From: Bacteroidota bacterium
GTDB lineage: Bacteria > Bacteroidota > Bacteroidia > Chitinophagales > JADIYW01
Assembly (NCBI GenBank): GCA_028288625.1
Contig: JAQBNI010000024.1
Coordinates: forward strand, 7,098-71,097
Reading direction: 5' to 3'
Length of the DNA: 64,000 bases
The position numbers were made by a program, and so were the translations under genes. This document shows positions 10,252 to 21,700 of this stretch, piece after piece. The first letter of the stretch is position 1; each line of letters starts with the position of its first letter. The notes under the pieces were generated by a model that saw only the letters and a list, made by a program, of their open reading frames with translations, was not told where the DNA came from and ran no database searches.

Positions 10252-10689
10252 TTATTTTTTCGTACGGGTATATTTTTCTGTCTGCAGCTCCAGGTATTTC
10301 CAGCTGATCGTAAGTGTGTCATTGTTGTCAGATAAAAAATATCTTGCCGGGCGTTCATCATTGAATTGTATCATATCCGATACATCGCTTTTAGATAATG
10401 ATAAGATTCCGCTCCTAGGAAGTGCATTTACTTTAGTGTGGATCTCCATAAAAGTATTATCACTCTTCAATTCAAGTGCTATATTATCTCCGGTGCTTAA
10501 TGGTGTCGAAATCCCGTGTCTTATTCCACAGCAATCTGTTTCGATCCATTCCCATTCCCCGTAAATGCTTTTGGGCTTGGCAGTCTCTATCCATTGACCT
10601 TTTTTGGGTTTAGGCAATTTCGGTGGTTTCTCTGAAAAAGTCACCAGGGCAAAAACGGAAAACATGGAGAGAATGAATACTTTTTTCAT
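10252..10689 (-). CDS. hypothetical exported protein (lipocalin-like beta-barrel possible)
   Basis: Signal peptide; IYGEWEW motif and a terminal Y.R typical of lipocalin-like Bacteroidota proteins. Confidence 0.6.
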   Translation of the reverse strand: MKKVFILSMFSVFALVTFSEKPPKLPKPKKGQWIETAKPKSIYGEWEWIETDCCGIRHGISTPLSTGDNIALELKSDNTFMEIHTKVNALPRSGILSLSKSDVSDMIQFNDERPARYFLSDNNDTLTISWKYLELQTEKYTRTKK

Positions 10690-10815
10690 TTTTATTATTT
10701 GATCTTTTATTCAAAATAATGGCAAAATTATAAATTTTACCCTGTATATCTTTTTAATATTGTGACTCAGATTAAATTTAGCTATAAAAGCTACCTATTG
10801 CAAATTCCTTACCAA

Positions 10816-11202
10816 ATGGCAGAAACAGAAAAAATAAGGATTGATAAATGGCTATACGCCGTGCGGCTGTATAAAACCAGGACTTTAGCAGCCGATGCAT
10901 GCGCAGCAGGAAAAATTAAGATCGAAGGAGAAACCATCAAAGCTTCGCATTTGCTTAAGATTGGACAAACCGTTCAAATTACAAAACAAGGTGAAAAACA
11001 GATCGTAAAATGCCTGAAATTGATCGAAAAACGGGTGGGCGCCCCTCTCGCAGCTGAATGTTACGAAGACCTCACACCGCCTGAAGAAAAAAACAAGCTC
11101 AGCTTTCCCGCTTCATTTTTCGAAGTACGTGACAAAGGCACAGGAAGACCCACGAAAAAAGATCGCCGCGACATAGGGAAATTTAAGGATAAGGATGATT
11201 AA
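10816..11202 (+). CDS. hslR: ribosome-associated heat shock protein Hsp15 (S4 domain)
   Basis: RIDKWLYAVRLYKTRTLA, KRVGA, GRPTKKDRR. Start moved to ATG 10816. Confidence 0.9.
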   Translation: MAETEKIRIDKWLYAVRLYKTRTLAADACAAGKIKIEGETIKASHLLKIGQTVQITKQGEKQIVKCLKLIEKRVGAPLAAECYEDLTPPEEKNKLSFPASFFEVRDKGTGRPTKKDRRDIGKFKDKDD

Positions 11203-11333
11203 AATCAATGTCTTATCTTACAGGTGGATTTCCCGCTTAAACCGGAATTTCTTTAAATATTAATAACAAACTAACCGTTCAAAAACCGCCGTTTAACCTT
11301 AAAAAGTAGTATTTTTGTATCAAAATCACTCTT

Positions 11334-11540
11334 ATGTTTGGAATGCACGGACCGGAACTTTGGTTCATCTTAGCGATCGTTGTCTTACTTTTTGGTGGAA
11401 AGAAAATTCCTGAATTAATGCGTGGCGTTGGTAAGGGCATTCGCGAATTTAATGCTGCTAAAGCTAATCTGCAGGATGAATTTGAAAAAGGCATTAAGGA
11501 AGACGATACTCAAAAGTTATCGGAAAAAAAGGAAGCCTAA
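11334..11540 (+). CDS. tatA: twin-arginine translocase TatA/E
   Basis: TM helix then [22 protein letters not shown]. Confidence 0.95.
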   Translation: MFGMHGPELWFILAIVVLLFGGKKIPELMRGVGKGIREFNAAKANLQDEFEKGIKEDDTQKLSEKKEA

Positions 11541-11551
11541 ATTCATTAAAA

Positions 11552-12973
11552 TTGGAAGTGTACAGATCTCTCAGGAAGCTGCAAGAAGATTTGCGTGAAA
11601 AAAGAACTACAGCGAGAGAAATCACACTACAATATATTTCCCGGATCGATTCGAATAAAGATCTGAATGCTTTTTTAGAAGTGTTTGAGGAAAGTGCTTT
11701 GTCCGCTGCGCAAAAAATTGATCATAAGATCGCTTCCAACCAACCCTTAGGAAAATTATTCGGAATGGTGATCGCCATCAAGGATAACATCTTATATAAA
11801 GGGCATACCTCCACTGCCTCTTCCAAAATTTTAACCGGTTTTATTTCGCCTTACTCCGCAACGGTAATTGAAAAGCTGATCGCAGAAGATGCGATCATTA
11901 TCGGTCGCACGAATTGTGATGAATTTGCCATGGGCGGCAGCAATGAAAATTCTTACTTCGGTCCCGTAAAAAATCCGTTCGATGCAACAAGGGTTTCAGG
12001 TGGTTCATCCGGTGGCTCAGCGGCAGCAGTTGCTGCAGACTTATGTTTCGCGGCGCTCGGCTCCGATACAGGCGGATCGATCCGGCAACCCGCAGCATTT
12101 TGTGGCGTCACCGGCTTAAAGCCTACGTACGGAAGAGTATCCCGGTACGGCTTAATTGCTTATGGTTCTTCATTCGACCAGATCGGTTCGTTTACAAATA
12201 ATGTGGAAGATGCGGCGCTTATTCTTGAAGTTATTTCGGGAGGTGATGAATACGATGCCACTTGCTCACAAAGATCAATCCCTTCTTATGCTGCAAAATT
12301 ACAGGAAGATAAAAAATACAAAATTGCTTATTATAAAAATGCCATAGAGCACGAAGGTGTAGATACTGAAGTTCAGCAGGCAACATTAAATACGATCGAG
12401 CTTTTAAAAAAACGCGGACATGAAATAGTTGGAATTGATTTTCCTGAATTGGATTATATCGTTCCGGCATATTATGTGTTAACTACCGCGGAAGCGTCTT
12501 CTAATTTATCGCGTTTTGATGGGGTGAAATATGGCTATCATGCAAAAGAAGCGAAAGACCTTGAATCCACTTACAAACTAACGAGATCACAGGGTTTTGG
12601 AAAGGAAGTGCAGCGACGTATCATGAGCGGTGCCTTTGTGCTGAGCGCCGGATACTACGATGCCTATTATTCAAAGGCGCAAAAGGTAAGGCGTATCGTT
12701 TCAGAAAAAACGAGGCAAACCCTGGAAGAATACGATTTCATTCTTTGTCCAACCGCACCAACCCCCGCTTATCTCATAGGCGAAGTATCAGACCCTGTAA
12801 CTTCATTCCTCGGAGATATTTTTACAGTTCAGGCAAATATTGCCGGAATACCCGGCATTTCGCTTCCTTTACACAATACAGCTTCAGGCTTGCCAATCGG
12901 CATCCAGTTTATGGCAGGAAGATGGCAGGAAGAAAAGCTGCTTGCCTTTTCCCATTCACTGATGAATTCTTAG
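11552..12973 (+). CDS. gatA: Asp/Glu-tRNA amidotransferase subunit A
   Basis: Amidase signature GGSSGGSAAAV, GSDTGGSIRQPA, EASSNLSRFDG, GFGKEVQRRIM, SAGYYDAYY; TTG start. Confidence 0.96.
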   Translation: MEVYRSLRKLQEDLREKRTTAREITLQYISRIDSNKDLNAFLEVFEESALSAAQKIDHKIASNQPLGKLFGMVIAIKDNILYKGHTSTASSKILTGFISPYSATVIEKLIAEDAIIIGRTNCDEFAMGGSNENSYFGPVKNPFDATRVSGGSSGGSAAAVAADLCFAALGSDTGGSIRQPAAFCGVTGLKPTYGRVSRYGLIAYGSSFDQIGSFTNNVEDAALILEVISGGDEYDATCSQRSIPSYAAKLQEDKKYKIAYYKNAIEHEGVDTEVQQATLNTIELLKKRGHEIVGIDFPELDYIVPAYYVLTTAEASSNLSRFDGVKYGYHAKEAKDLESTYKLTRSQGFGKEVQRRIMSGAFVLSAGYYDAYYSKAQKVRRIVSEKTRQTLEEYDFILCPTAPTPAYLIGEVSDPVTSFLGDIFTVQANIAGIPGISLPLHNTASGLPIGIQFMAGRWQEEKLLAFSHSLMNS

Positions 12974-13075
12974 GTTGATATTGACTATCAATGTCTTAAG
13001 TTTACAGTATCCTAAAAAAATCCTAAAAAACAGGTATGCAACCGAAAAAAAGGTCATTTTCCCTATCTTGCGAAA

Positions 13076-15016
13076 ATGAGATGGAGATTCCTCGTCATTT
13101 TTATACTTGTTTTTAGTTTTTCCCACAAATCTGCAGCACAAACTGCCGTTCCTTCCGAATATAAGGATGTCTCCAGCGAGCTTGAAATTCCAACTGAGGC
13201 TGAATTATTCAAAGATGATCCTGATCCGGTGGTAATGAGTGCCCAGATCGCGGTGCGGCTCAAGAAGATCCAGCATTCCATCTCGCTGGATTACAATGAA
13301 CACGTACAGAAATACATTTCATACAATACAAATCCGAAGCGCCAGGTGTTGATCTCAAAAGTCCTCGGTCGCGCAAAAAAATTCTTCCCGGTGTTTGAGC
13401 CGATATTTGCGCAGTACGGCGTCCCTGATGAAATGAAGTACCTCGCCGTGGTGGAATCCGCACTTAACCCATTTGCCGTTTCGCCGAAAGGTGCAAGCGG
13501 TGTCTGGCAATTTATGTACAGTACGGGTTTGCGGTACGATCTGAATATTTCCAGGAAGGTTGATGAGCGACGTGATCCTTATAAAGCCTTCGATGCCGCC
13601 GCGCGTTACCTGAAAGAAATGTATAACCTGTATGGCAACTGGCAACTGGCGATCGCTTCTTATAACTGTGGCGCCGGCAACGTGAACCGGGCTATTAAAA
13701 AGGCGGGGGGAAGCACCAATTTTTGGGATATCCGCCCTTATTTACCTTCCGAAACCCAGGCTTATGTACCTACATTTATTGCCATGGTATATGCCATGAA
13801 GTACGCAAAGCAATATGGAATTTCTCCCAACTCTTTTGAAAGGGAAACGACGCAGCGCGTAGCTGTAAAAGAAAAGATCACCGTAAACGACCTTGAAAGC
13901 TTGTTGGGCATTCCGCGACAGATCATTATTGATGAAAATCCATCACTGTTAACCACGTTGATCCCCGCGGATTTTACATTAAATCTTCCGGCTTCAAAAG
14001 TGACCGCGTTTACACAATTCCAGGATTCACTGTATGCAAAAGCAGAAGATATTACTACCGCACAAAAACTGGTGGTTCCGAAGGTAGTGAAACCCGAAAG
14101 TTCGCCGAAAGAATTGTCGTCTGCCGAATGTAATGATCCTGTAGCTTCAAAGGAAGATTTTTCTACCAAGCCTGTGGTAAAAGAAAAAAATACCGCGCAA
14201 AAAACGGAAACAAAAAATGCAGATGAAGATATTTCCTTCCTTCAAAAAATAAAAAATAAATTGAAGCCTAAAAAACAGGAAGAAACAGAACCGGTAGCGC
14301 AAAAAACAAACACGGGAAAGAAAAATAATCAATCAAAAAAAGAAACACCGGAACCGGAAAAAAATTCAAAGAAGGAAAGTAAAAAATCCAAAGAACAAAA
14401 AATCAGTGCCGGAAAATCAAACCAAAAAAATCCGCGTGATAAAAAAGAAGAAGCTGTCTCAAAGAATGCAAAAGGAAATACAATTGTTATTTCTGAAAAC
14501 TATAAAGAAGATAATGATAAGTACAAGATAGTAGCATACACAGTGAAAGACGGCGATAATCTTGGATATATCTCATCATGGTTTCACTGCAAGGTTAAAG
14601 AGATCAGGAGATGGAATGAAATAAATGGAAATTGTATTGTTGTAGGTGATGAGCTGCTGATCTACGTTCATGAAAATGATCTGAAGAAATTTGTACGGTT
14701 CAATTATTTAAGCAATCGTGTTAAAGATCTGTTGAGGGGTAAAATTCAGACGCAGGAAGAAACGGATGCACTGCTCGCAAAAAAAGAACAAAAAGATACT
14801 GCCCGCCTGATAGATAAAATAAATCCTGTTAAGATATTTTCGAGGAACGAATGTTTTGAAATGCATACCATAAGAGCCGGAGAAAATTTGTGGACCATTG
14901 CTCAAAAATATGACGATGTTACTGTGCAGGATCTGATGAAATGGAATGGTTACAAAAAAACGCCGGTGCTTCACCGCCATGACGAAATAAAAGTCCGCAA
15001 GATCGCATGTAAATAA
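13076..15016 (+). CDS. MltD-like lytic transglycosylase with LysM domains and a K/E-rich linker
   Basis: VVESALNP (catalytic Glu), GASGVWQFM, ASYNCGAGNV, LPSETQAYVP; LysM motifs YTVKDGDNL and HTIRAGENLWTIA. Confidence 0.9.
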   Translation: MRWRFLVIFILVFSFSHKSAAQTAVPSEYKDVSSELEIPTEAELFKDDPDPVVMSAQIAVRLKKIQHSISLDYNEHVQKYISYNTNPKRQVLISKVLGRAKKFFPVFEPIFAQYGVPDEMKYLAVVESALNPFAVSPKGASGVWQFMYSTGLRYDLNISRKVDERRDPYKAFDAAARYLKEMYNLYGNWQLAIASYNCGAGNVNRAIKKAGGSTNFWDIRPYLPSETQAYVPTFIAMVYAMKYAKQYGISPNSFERETTQRVAVKEKITVNDLESLLGIPRQIIIDENPSLLTTLIPADFTLNLPASKVTAFTQFQDSLYAKAEDITTAQKLVVPKVVKPESSPKELSSAECNDPVASKEDFSTKPVVKEKNTAQKTETKNADEDISFLQKIKNKLKPKKQEETEPVAQKTNTGKKNNQSKKETPEPEKNSKKESKKSKEQKISAGKSNQKNPRDKKEEAVSKNAKGNTIVISENYKEDNDKYKIVAYTVKDGDNLGYISSWFHCKVKEIRRWNEINGNCIVVGDELLIYVHENDLKKFVRFNYLSNRVKDLLRGKIQTQEETDALLAKKEQKDTARLIDKINPVKIFSRNECFEMHTIRAGENLWTIAQKYDDVTVQDLMKWNGYKKTPVLHRHDEIKVRKIACK

Positions 15017-15110
15017 TCATCATGTTTTAAATAAAAGAATGCAACTCTTGTCGTAACATCCTTCCCTCTTTATTCCTATAATTCTTAAATTAAAATGTGG
15101 TTTATTTTTG

Positions 15111-15118
15111 TATTTTTG
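15111..15118 (+). promoter_or_regulatory. Bacteroidota -7 promoter element upstream of ruvA
   Basis: TATTTTTG about 35 nt before ATG 15154. Confidence 0.4.
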
Positions 15119-15153
15119 CCGATCAAGCGCAAAGTGCATATCAACCAGAATTT

Positions 15154-15747
15154 ATGTTCGCATATATAACCGGAAAAATCACATACAAAACACCTACCCA
15201 CGTTTATTTAGACTGCAATGGAATTGCCTATTTTGTCAACATCTCCTTAACAACTTACTCGCAGATTCAAGATTCTGAAAACGTAAAATTGTATACGCAT
15301 CTGGTCGTACGTGAAGATGCCCATATTTTGTACGGTTTTTTTACCGAAGATGAAAAGAATATGTTCCTCCACCTGGTGTCAGTATCCGGAGTAGGTCCGA
15401 ATACAGCCCGGCTGGTGTTATCTTCTATGACGACAAACGACTTCGAAAAGGCAATAATTCATGAAGATGTGCGTTTAATACAATCAATAAAGGGCATTGG
15501 ACCCAAGTCGGCACAACGATTGATTTTAGAACTGAAAGACAAACTGAAAAAGACATCCTCACAGGAAGGAGTGGATACCTTACAACGTGGAAGTTATTCT
15601 GTTATGACTGACGAAGCGCTTGCAGCTTTAAATATGCTGGGCTTTCAGAAGGTGCAGGCTGAAAGGGCTATTCAAAAGGCACTGAAGGAAAATCACCAAA
15701 TACAGTCAGTTGAGGATTTAATTAAATTGAGCTTGAAAAATTTGTAA
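15154..15747 (+). CDS. ruvA: Holliday junction branch migration protein RuvA
   Basis: LYTHLVVRED..LYGF, VSGVGPNTA, IKGIGPKSAQRLILELKDK. Start moved to ATG 15154. Confidence 0.96.
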   Translation: MFAYITGKITYKTPTHVYLDCNGIAYFVNISLTTYSQIQDSENVKLYTHLVVREDAHILYGFFTEDEKNMFLHLVSVSGVGPNTARLVLSSMTTNDFEKAIIHEDVRLIQSIKGIGPKSAQRLILELKDKLKKTSSQEGVDTLQRGSYSVMTDEALAALNMLGFQKVQAERAIQKALKENHQIQSVEDLIKLSLKNL

Positions 15748-15773
15748 ATTTGTAGCACACGTTATATTTTTTA

Positions 15774-18700
15774 GTGAGAAAAAATATCTATACTTCCATA
15801 AGTACTCTCCTATTTTTTGCTATTTTATGTAGTGTGCAGTATAGCATTGCCCAAACTGACACGTCTCACTTACGATATCCCATCCAGGACCGGAATACAG
15901 ATTTCCTCCTCACACAGCCAAGCACTAACGTTGATCTGAAAGATCCGAAGATCGTAGATAAGAAAGTTGAATACGATCCGAAGACAAATAAGTTTGTTGT
16001 GTACGAAAAGATCGGCAACAATTACTACAAGACGCCGACGTACATGACGTACGATGAATTCCTTGAATACTCCAGCCGCGAATCAGAACAAAACTATTTT
16101 CAGCAGCGCTCCCGCGCCATCGATCTGGCAGAAAGAAAAAGCAAGCAGCCGTTCCTTTACCAGGGACCGGAATTATTCAATCGCTTTTTGGGAGGAACGA
16201 AAATTGAAATTAAGCCGCAGGGAAGTGTGGATGTTACCATCGGCGTAAATTCACAGCGGATCGATAATCCTGTTTTACTTCAGAACCAGCGCCGCAACAT
16301 TAACTTTGATTTCGACATGAATATCCAGCTCGGATTGCAGGCATCCATCGGCGATAAATTAAAACTGGGCATCAGCTACAATACCAAATCGGGTTTCGCT
16401 TTTGAGAACCAATTAAAGTTAGCTTATAAAGGAAAGGAAGATGATATCATACAGGCATTGGAATTTGGTAACGTAAGTCTTCCGCTGCGAAGTGCATTGA
16501 TCAAGGGTCCGCAGAATTTATTCGGTGTGAAAACGCAATTGAAATTTGGACGGTTGATGATCACGAATATTTTATCGCAACAAAAATCTAAAACTGAAAA
16601 TGTAAGAATTGAAAACGGTGCACAAACAAAAAAATTCGAGATCAAGGCGGATGAGTATGAAGACAACAGGCACTTTTTTATCACACAGTATTTCAGGGAT
16701 ACTTATGAAAAGAATTTACAGCGCCTGCCATTTGTAGCTTCACAGGTGGTGATCAATAAAATAGAAGTTTGGGTAACCAACAAAACGCGTCAAACAGAAG
16801 AAGTTCGTGAAATTGTAGCTTTCCAGGATCTTGGAGAAAACACGAAGTTGTATAATCCTGCATGGCTCAACGGAACTACAAGCGCATATCCCGATAACAC
16901 ATCCAACAATTTATACAACATCATTACAAGAAGTCCAAACGCAGCAAATTTCCGCGATCCAAGCAGGGCGATCAGCTTTCTCGAAGGCAACGGCATGCAG
17001 GCAGTTGATGATTTTGAAAAAACAAGCGCGCGCAAGTTAGCGACTACAGAATATACTTTTAACGCACAGCTCGGTTATGTGTCATTAAACCAGCAACTAA
17101 GACCGGATGAAGTTCTGGGTGTTGCAATTCAGTATACGGTGAATGGAAAATTATTCCAGGTGGGTGAGTTTGCTACAGATCTTCCGCCGTTGGCAGATAC
17201 TACAAAAACAAAGGACCAGGTACTCGCGCTGAAATTATTAAAAGCAACTTCGGTCAGAACTCAGGAGCCGATATGGGACTTGATGATGAAGAACGTTTAT
17301 TCCCTGAATGCTTACAACGTGAGCCCCGAGCAATTCTATTTCGATATTTATTATATCGATCCGGGCGGCGGACAAAAGCGTTACCTGCCGGATGCAGGAA
17401 ATATTTCGGGAATACAATTATTAAAAGTACTTAATCTCGACAATGTAAATAACCAACTCGATCCTCAGCCGGACGGGCGTTTTGATTTTATACCCGGCGT
17501 TACGATCAACCCGAGAAATGGAAAGATCTACTTCCCCGTTCTGGAACCGTTCGGTAGCGCATTGGTCAATGCAATCGGAAACACTTCCAAATCTGACTTA
17601 TATGCCTACCGGTATTTATACGATACTACAAAAACGGCGGCGCAGCAATTTCCTGAATTCAACCGCTTCGTTTTAAAAGGCTCATACCGCGGAACGGATA
17701 ACAGTACATTCAGATTGCCGGGCGCATTCAATTTACCGCAAGGTTCTGTAAGTGTAAGTGCGGGAGGAAATTTATTGAAAGAGAATGTTGATTACACCGT
17801 GAATTATGGCATCGGCGAAGTCATCATTATTAACCAGGGCGTTCTCAATTCAGGAATTCCTATCGACATAAAATTTGAAAATAATATCCTCTTCGGCGTC
17901 GTCAATAAATCGCTCCTCGGAACAAGACTTGATTACACCGTAAATAAAAACTTCACGATCGGCTTAACGCATTTACGTCTTGCGGAAAAACCATTTACAC
18001 AAAAAGTAAATTTTAATGACGATCCCGTAAAAAATAATATTATCGGTCTTGATGTCAACTATTCCACAGAATCAAAAGGATTGACAAGAGTATTCAATAA
18101 AATTACTTCGCAGGATACAAAGGCTGCTTCTAAAGTCTCCGTATCTGCAGAAGCGGCAAGGTTTATTCCGGGTCACGCAAAAGCAATTAATATTGATGAT
18201 GCAGGAACAGTTTATGTGGATGACTTTGAAGGAGCAAGTACAACTTTCGATCTGAAGGGAAGTTTTCTTTCGTGGTCGTTAGCATCCGCACCTAAGGGTA
18301 TGCCAAATACGTTCGGCGCAGAAAAATTTCCTGAAGCACGCATCAGCGACAGCCTTGTTTACGGATATAACCGGGCAAAGCTTTCTTGGTATTCACTCGA
18401 TCCTGTTTTCCAGGAAGACGGAAATAACAACCCGTTGGATCCTGTAATAAAGCAACAAACAAAAGAGAATATTTATACGCGCCAGTTTTTTGAACAGGAT
18501 GTTTTCCGCAACCGTGAAAACGCTACGATCACAAATCCTCCATTGTATACTTTGGATCTTTCTTATTTTCCTGATGAAAGAGGTCCATACAATTATGAAA
18601 CTACGCCAACACCATATTCAAGAGGTGTGAACGCAAGCGGAAGATTAAATAATCCTGAAACAAGATGGGGCGGTATCATGCGAACCATTGACGGGACAAG

Positions 18701-21700
18701 CGATTTCGAAGCCGCTAATATTGAGTTTGTACAATTCTGGGTGTTGGATCCTTTTGCAGCTGTTCCGGGTGGTGACCGGAAAGGAAATTTATATCTTCAA
18801 CTGGGTACGATCTCCGAGGATATCCTTAAAGACGGCAGGAAACAATACGAGAACGGGTTGCCGCGTCCGAATGCAGCAACAACGGTAGATACATCTGTTT
18901 GGGGGAAAACCCCAACGATAACTAACGCTTTAACAAACGCCTTCGATGCAGATCCCGATGTTATTAAAAAACAAGACGTAGGATTAGACGGGTTAGATGA
19001 TAATGAGGAAAAAGGTTATTTCAGCAATTATCTTTCAAAACTACCTACAGTAGTAACAGCTCCTGATGTTTTGACGAAAGCAAATGCAGATCCATCCGGC
19101 GACGATTACGTATTCAGCAGGGATGCACGTTTTGGCGGAAATATTGGCGTCATCGATCGCTACAAAGATTTTGCAAACACACAAGGCAACTCTTCCAATA
19201 ATTTAAGCGGCGGAAATGTAAACGGCAATTCAAAAACACAGCCGGATAACGAAGACTTAAACAATGATAATACTCTGAATGAAACGGAAGAATATTTTCA
19301 ATATAAAGTTCCATTCGATCTAAATTCATTAGCAACTTCTTCCTTCATTGCAGATAAAGTTGGTGTGCCTTGCGCTACTTGCCCGAATGATACCGGTTAT
19401 TGGTACCAGGTAAAAATTCCCATCAAGGAATTTGAATCACGGGTTGGAAATATTTCTGATTTCCGTTCTATTCGTTTTGTGAGAATGATGCTTACAGATT
19501 TTGATCAGCCTGTAACGTTGCGTTTTGCCCAGTTTGGTTTAGTAAGAAATCAATGGAGAAAATATGATCTGTCATTATCCAATCCGGGAGAGCAATTGCC
19601 GGGAGATATTGGCAAGATAACAGATTTCAATGTTACTTCCGTAAGTGTGGAAGAAAACACACAGCGCGTTCCTATTCCTTACGCAACGCCTCCGGGCATC
19701 AACCGTGAGCAAAATATCAGCGGGTACAACAATGCCCTGCAAAACGAGCAATCCATGAGCTTGCAGGTATGCGAACTCGAAGACGGTGATGCGCGCGCGG
19801 TGTTCAAAGTAACAAACCTCGATCTCCGGAATTACAAGCGTCTGAAAATGTTTACACACGCGGAAAATTTTCCCGGCGACAGAGGCTCCATGTTCCCCAT
19901 AAAGGACAATGATATTCACGCTTTCATTCGTATAGGTTCGGATTTTACGGACAACTATTATGAGTATGAAATTCCTTTAAAGGTGACGCTCCCGGGAAGC
20001 TATGATCCCAACAGCGACAGGGACCGCAGTATTATCTGGCCCGATTCTAACCAGATGAACGTTTCACTCGACAGCTTAACAAAAGTAAAACAGCTGCGTA
20101 ATCAAAGTAATGTTTCGCAAATACTTCCTTTTGATGTAACGATGGCAAACGGCGCAAGGATCAGCATTAAAGGAAATCCCGACCTTGGTGTCGCATCCGT
20201 TTTTATGATCGGTGTAAGAAATCCAAAGCGAATTGTGGGTGAGAATGATGCAACTGATGACGGGCAATCGAAGTGCGCAGAAATATGGGTGAATGAATTG
20301 CGGATGGCAGGATTCGACGAGCAGGGCGGCTGGGCGGCTTTAGGCAGGGTTGATCTGCAGTTGGGAAATCTCGGTAATATCATCCTCGCCGGAAATATTC
20401 ATACTATAGGTTTCGGTGATCTTGAACAGCGGTTGAACCAGCGCTATCGCGATAATTATTACCAGTACGATGTTGCCGCAAATTTGCAATTGGGAAATTT
20501 ACTTCCTGAAAAAGTCGGTCTGAAAATTCCGTTGTACACACAGTTCTCTCAAACCATCAGTACGCCTCAATATGATCCGTATGAATTGGATGTAAAACTG
20601 AAAGATAAATTCAGCGTGATCGATGCCGATCCGAATTTATCAAAGTCAGATAAAAAAAGCTTAAAAGATTCTATCAAGCATGTTGCACAGGACGTAACGA
20701 CGATCAAAAGTATTAACGTAACCAATCTTCAAAAAGTAAGGACGAATCCGAATAAAGAGCCTCGCGTGTATGACGTGGAAAATTTTAATTTCACTTACGC
20801 ATTTACACAAACTACTAAGCACAACCCGATCATTGAGCGCGAAGTGATCACGAAGCACCGCGGTTCGATCGCATGGAATTTCGCACCGAAATCATTGTAC
20901 TGGCAGCCGTTCAAAAAATTAAAAAACAACAGCATCCATTTAAAACCTGTAAAGGAATTCAATATCAATTTAAAACCAAACAACATTGCATTCCGCACAG
21001 ACATCAACAGGCAATATGGTTCAACAAAGATCCGTGATATCGGGAATGATGGATTGAAAATTGACCCGACGTACGATAAATATTTCACATGGGATCGTTT
21101 CTGGAGTATAAAATACAGCTTAACAAAATCTATCAACCTCGATTTTACTGCAACCAATCATGCACGCATCGATGAGCCGGAAGGGGCATTGGATACGAAA
21201 GCAAAACGCGATACAGTGCGCCGCAATTTCTGGAGGTTCGGAAGAAATACAAGTTATGATCATATTTTCAACGCATCGTATAATCTTCCTTTCCAGTTGT
21301 TCCCTTCGCTCGATTGGATAAATGTAAAAGCACGTTACAGCGCTACGTATTCATGGCTCGCCGCTCCTCTTGCGCTCGAAAGCCTTGGAAACACTATAAG
21401 AAACGGACAGGATTACCAGATCACTGCGGATGTGAATTTTAAAAGCCTCTACCAGAAATCTAAATTTTTAAAGCCTTACACGCAGCCTGAAAACAGGAAA
21501 ACAAAACAGGAATATGCGGATGACTTTTCGAAATACCAGGCGTTGAACGACCAGGCGAAAACGAGGATCATACAAAAGAAAGAAGACATACAAAGAAAAA
21601 TTGACGAGATAGAAGTAGCGGAAAAAGATACTTCAAAAACGAAGGAAGAAATTAAGCAGCTGGTCAACGATAAGAAACAATTAAAGAACGATCTCCGCCA

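Noticed and set aside
11552..12973. gatA without gatB/gatC as an anomaly
   Set aside because: Dispersed gat genes are common in Bacteroidota; partners are probably elsewhere in the genome.
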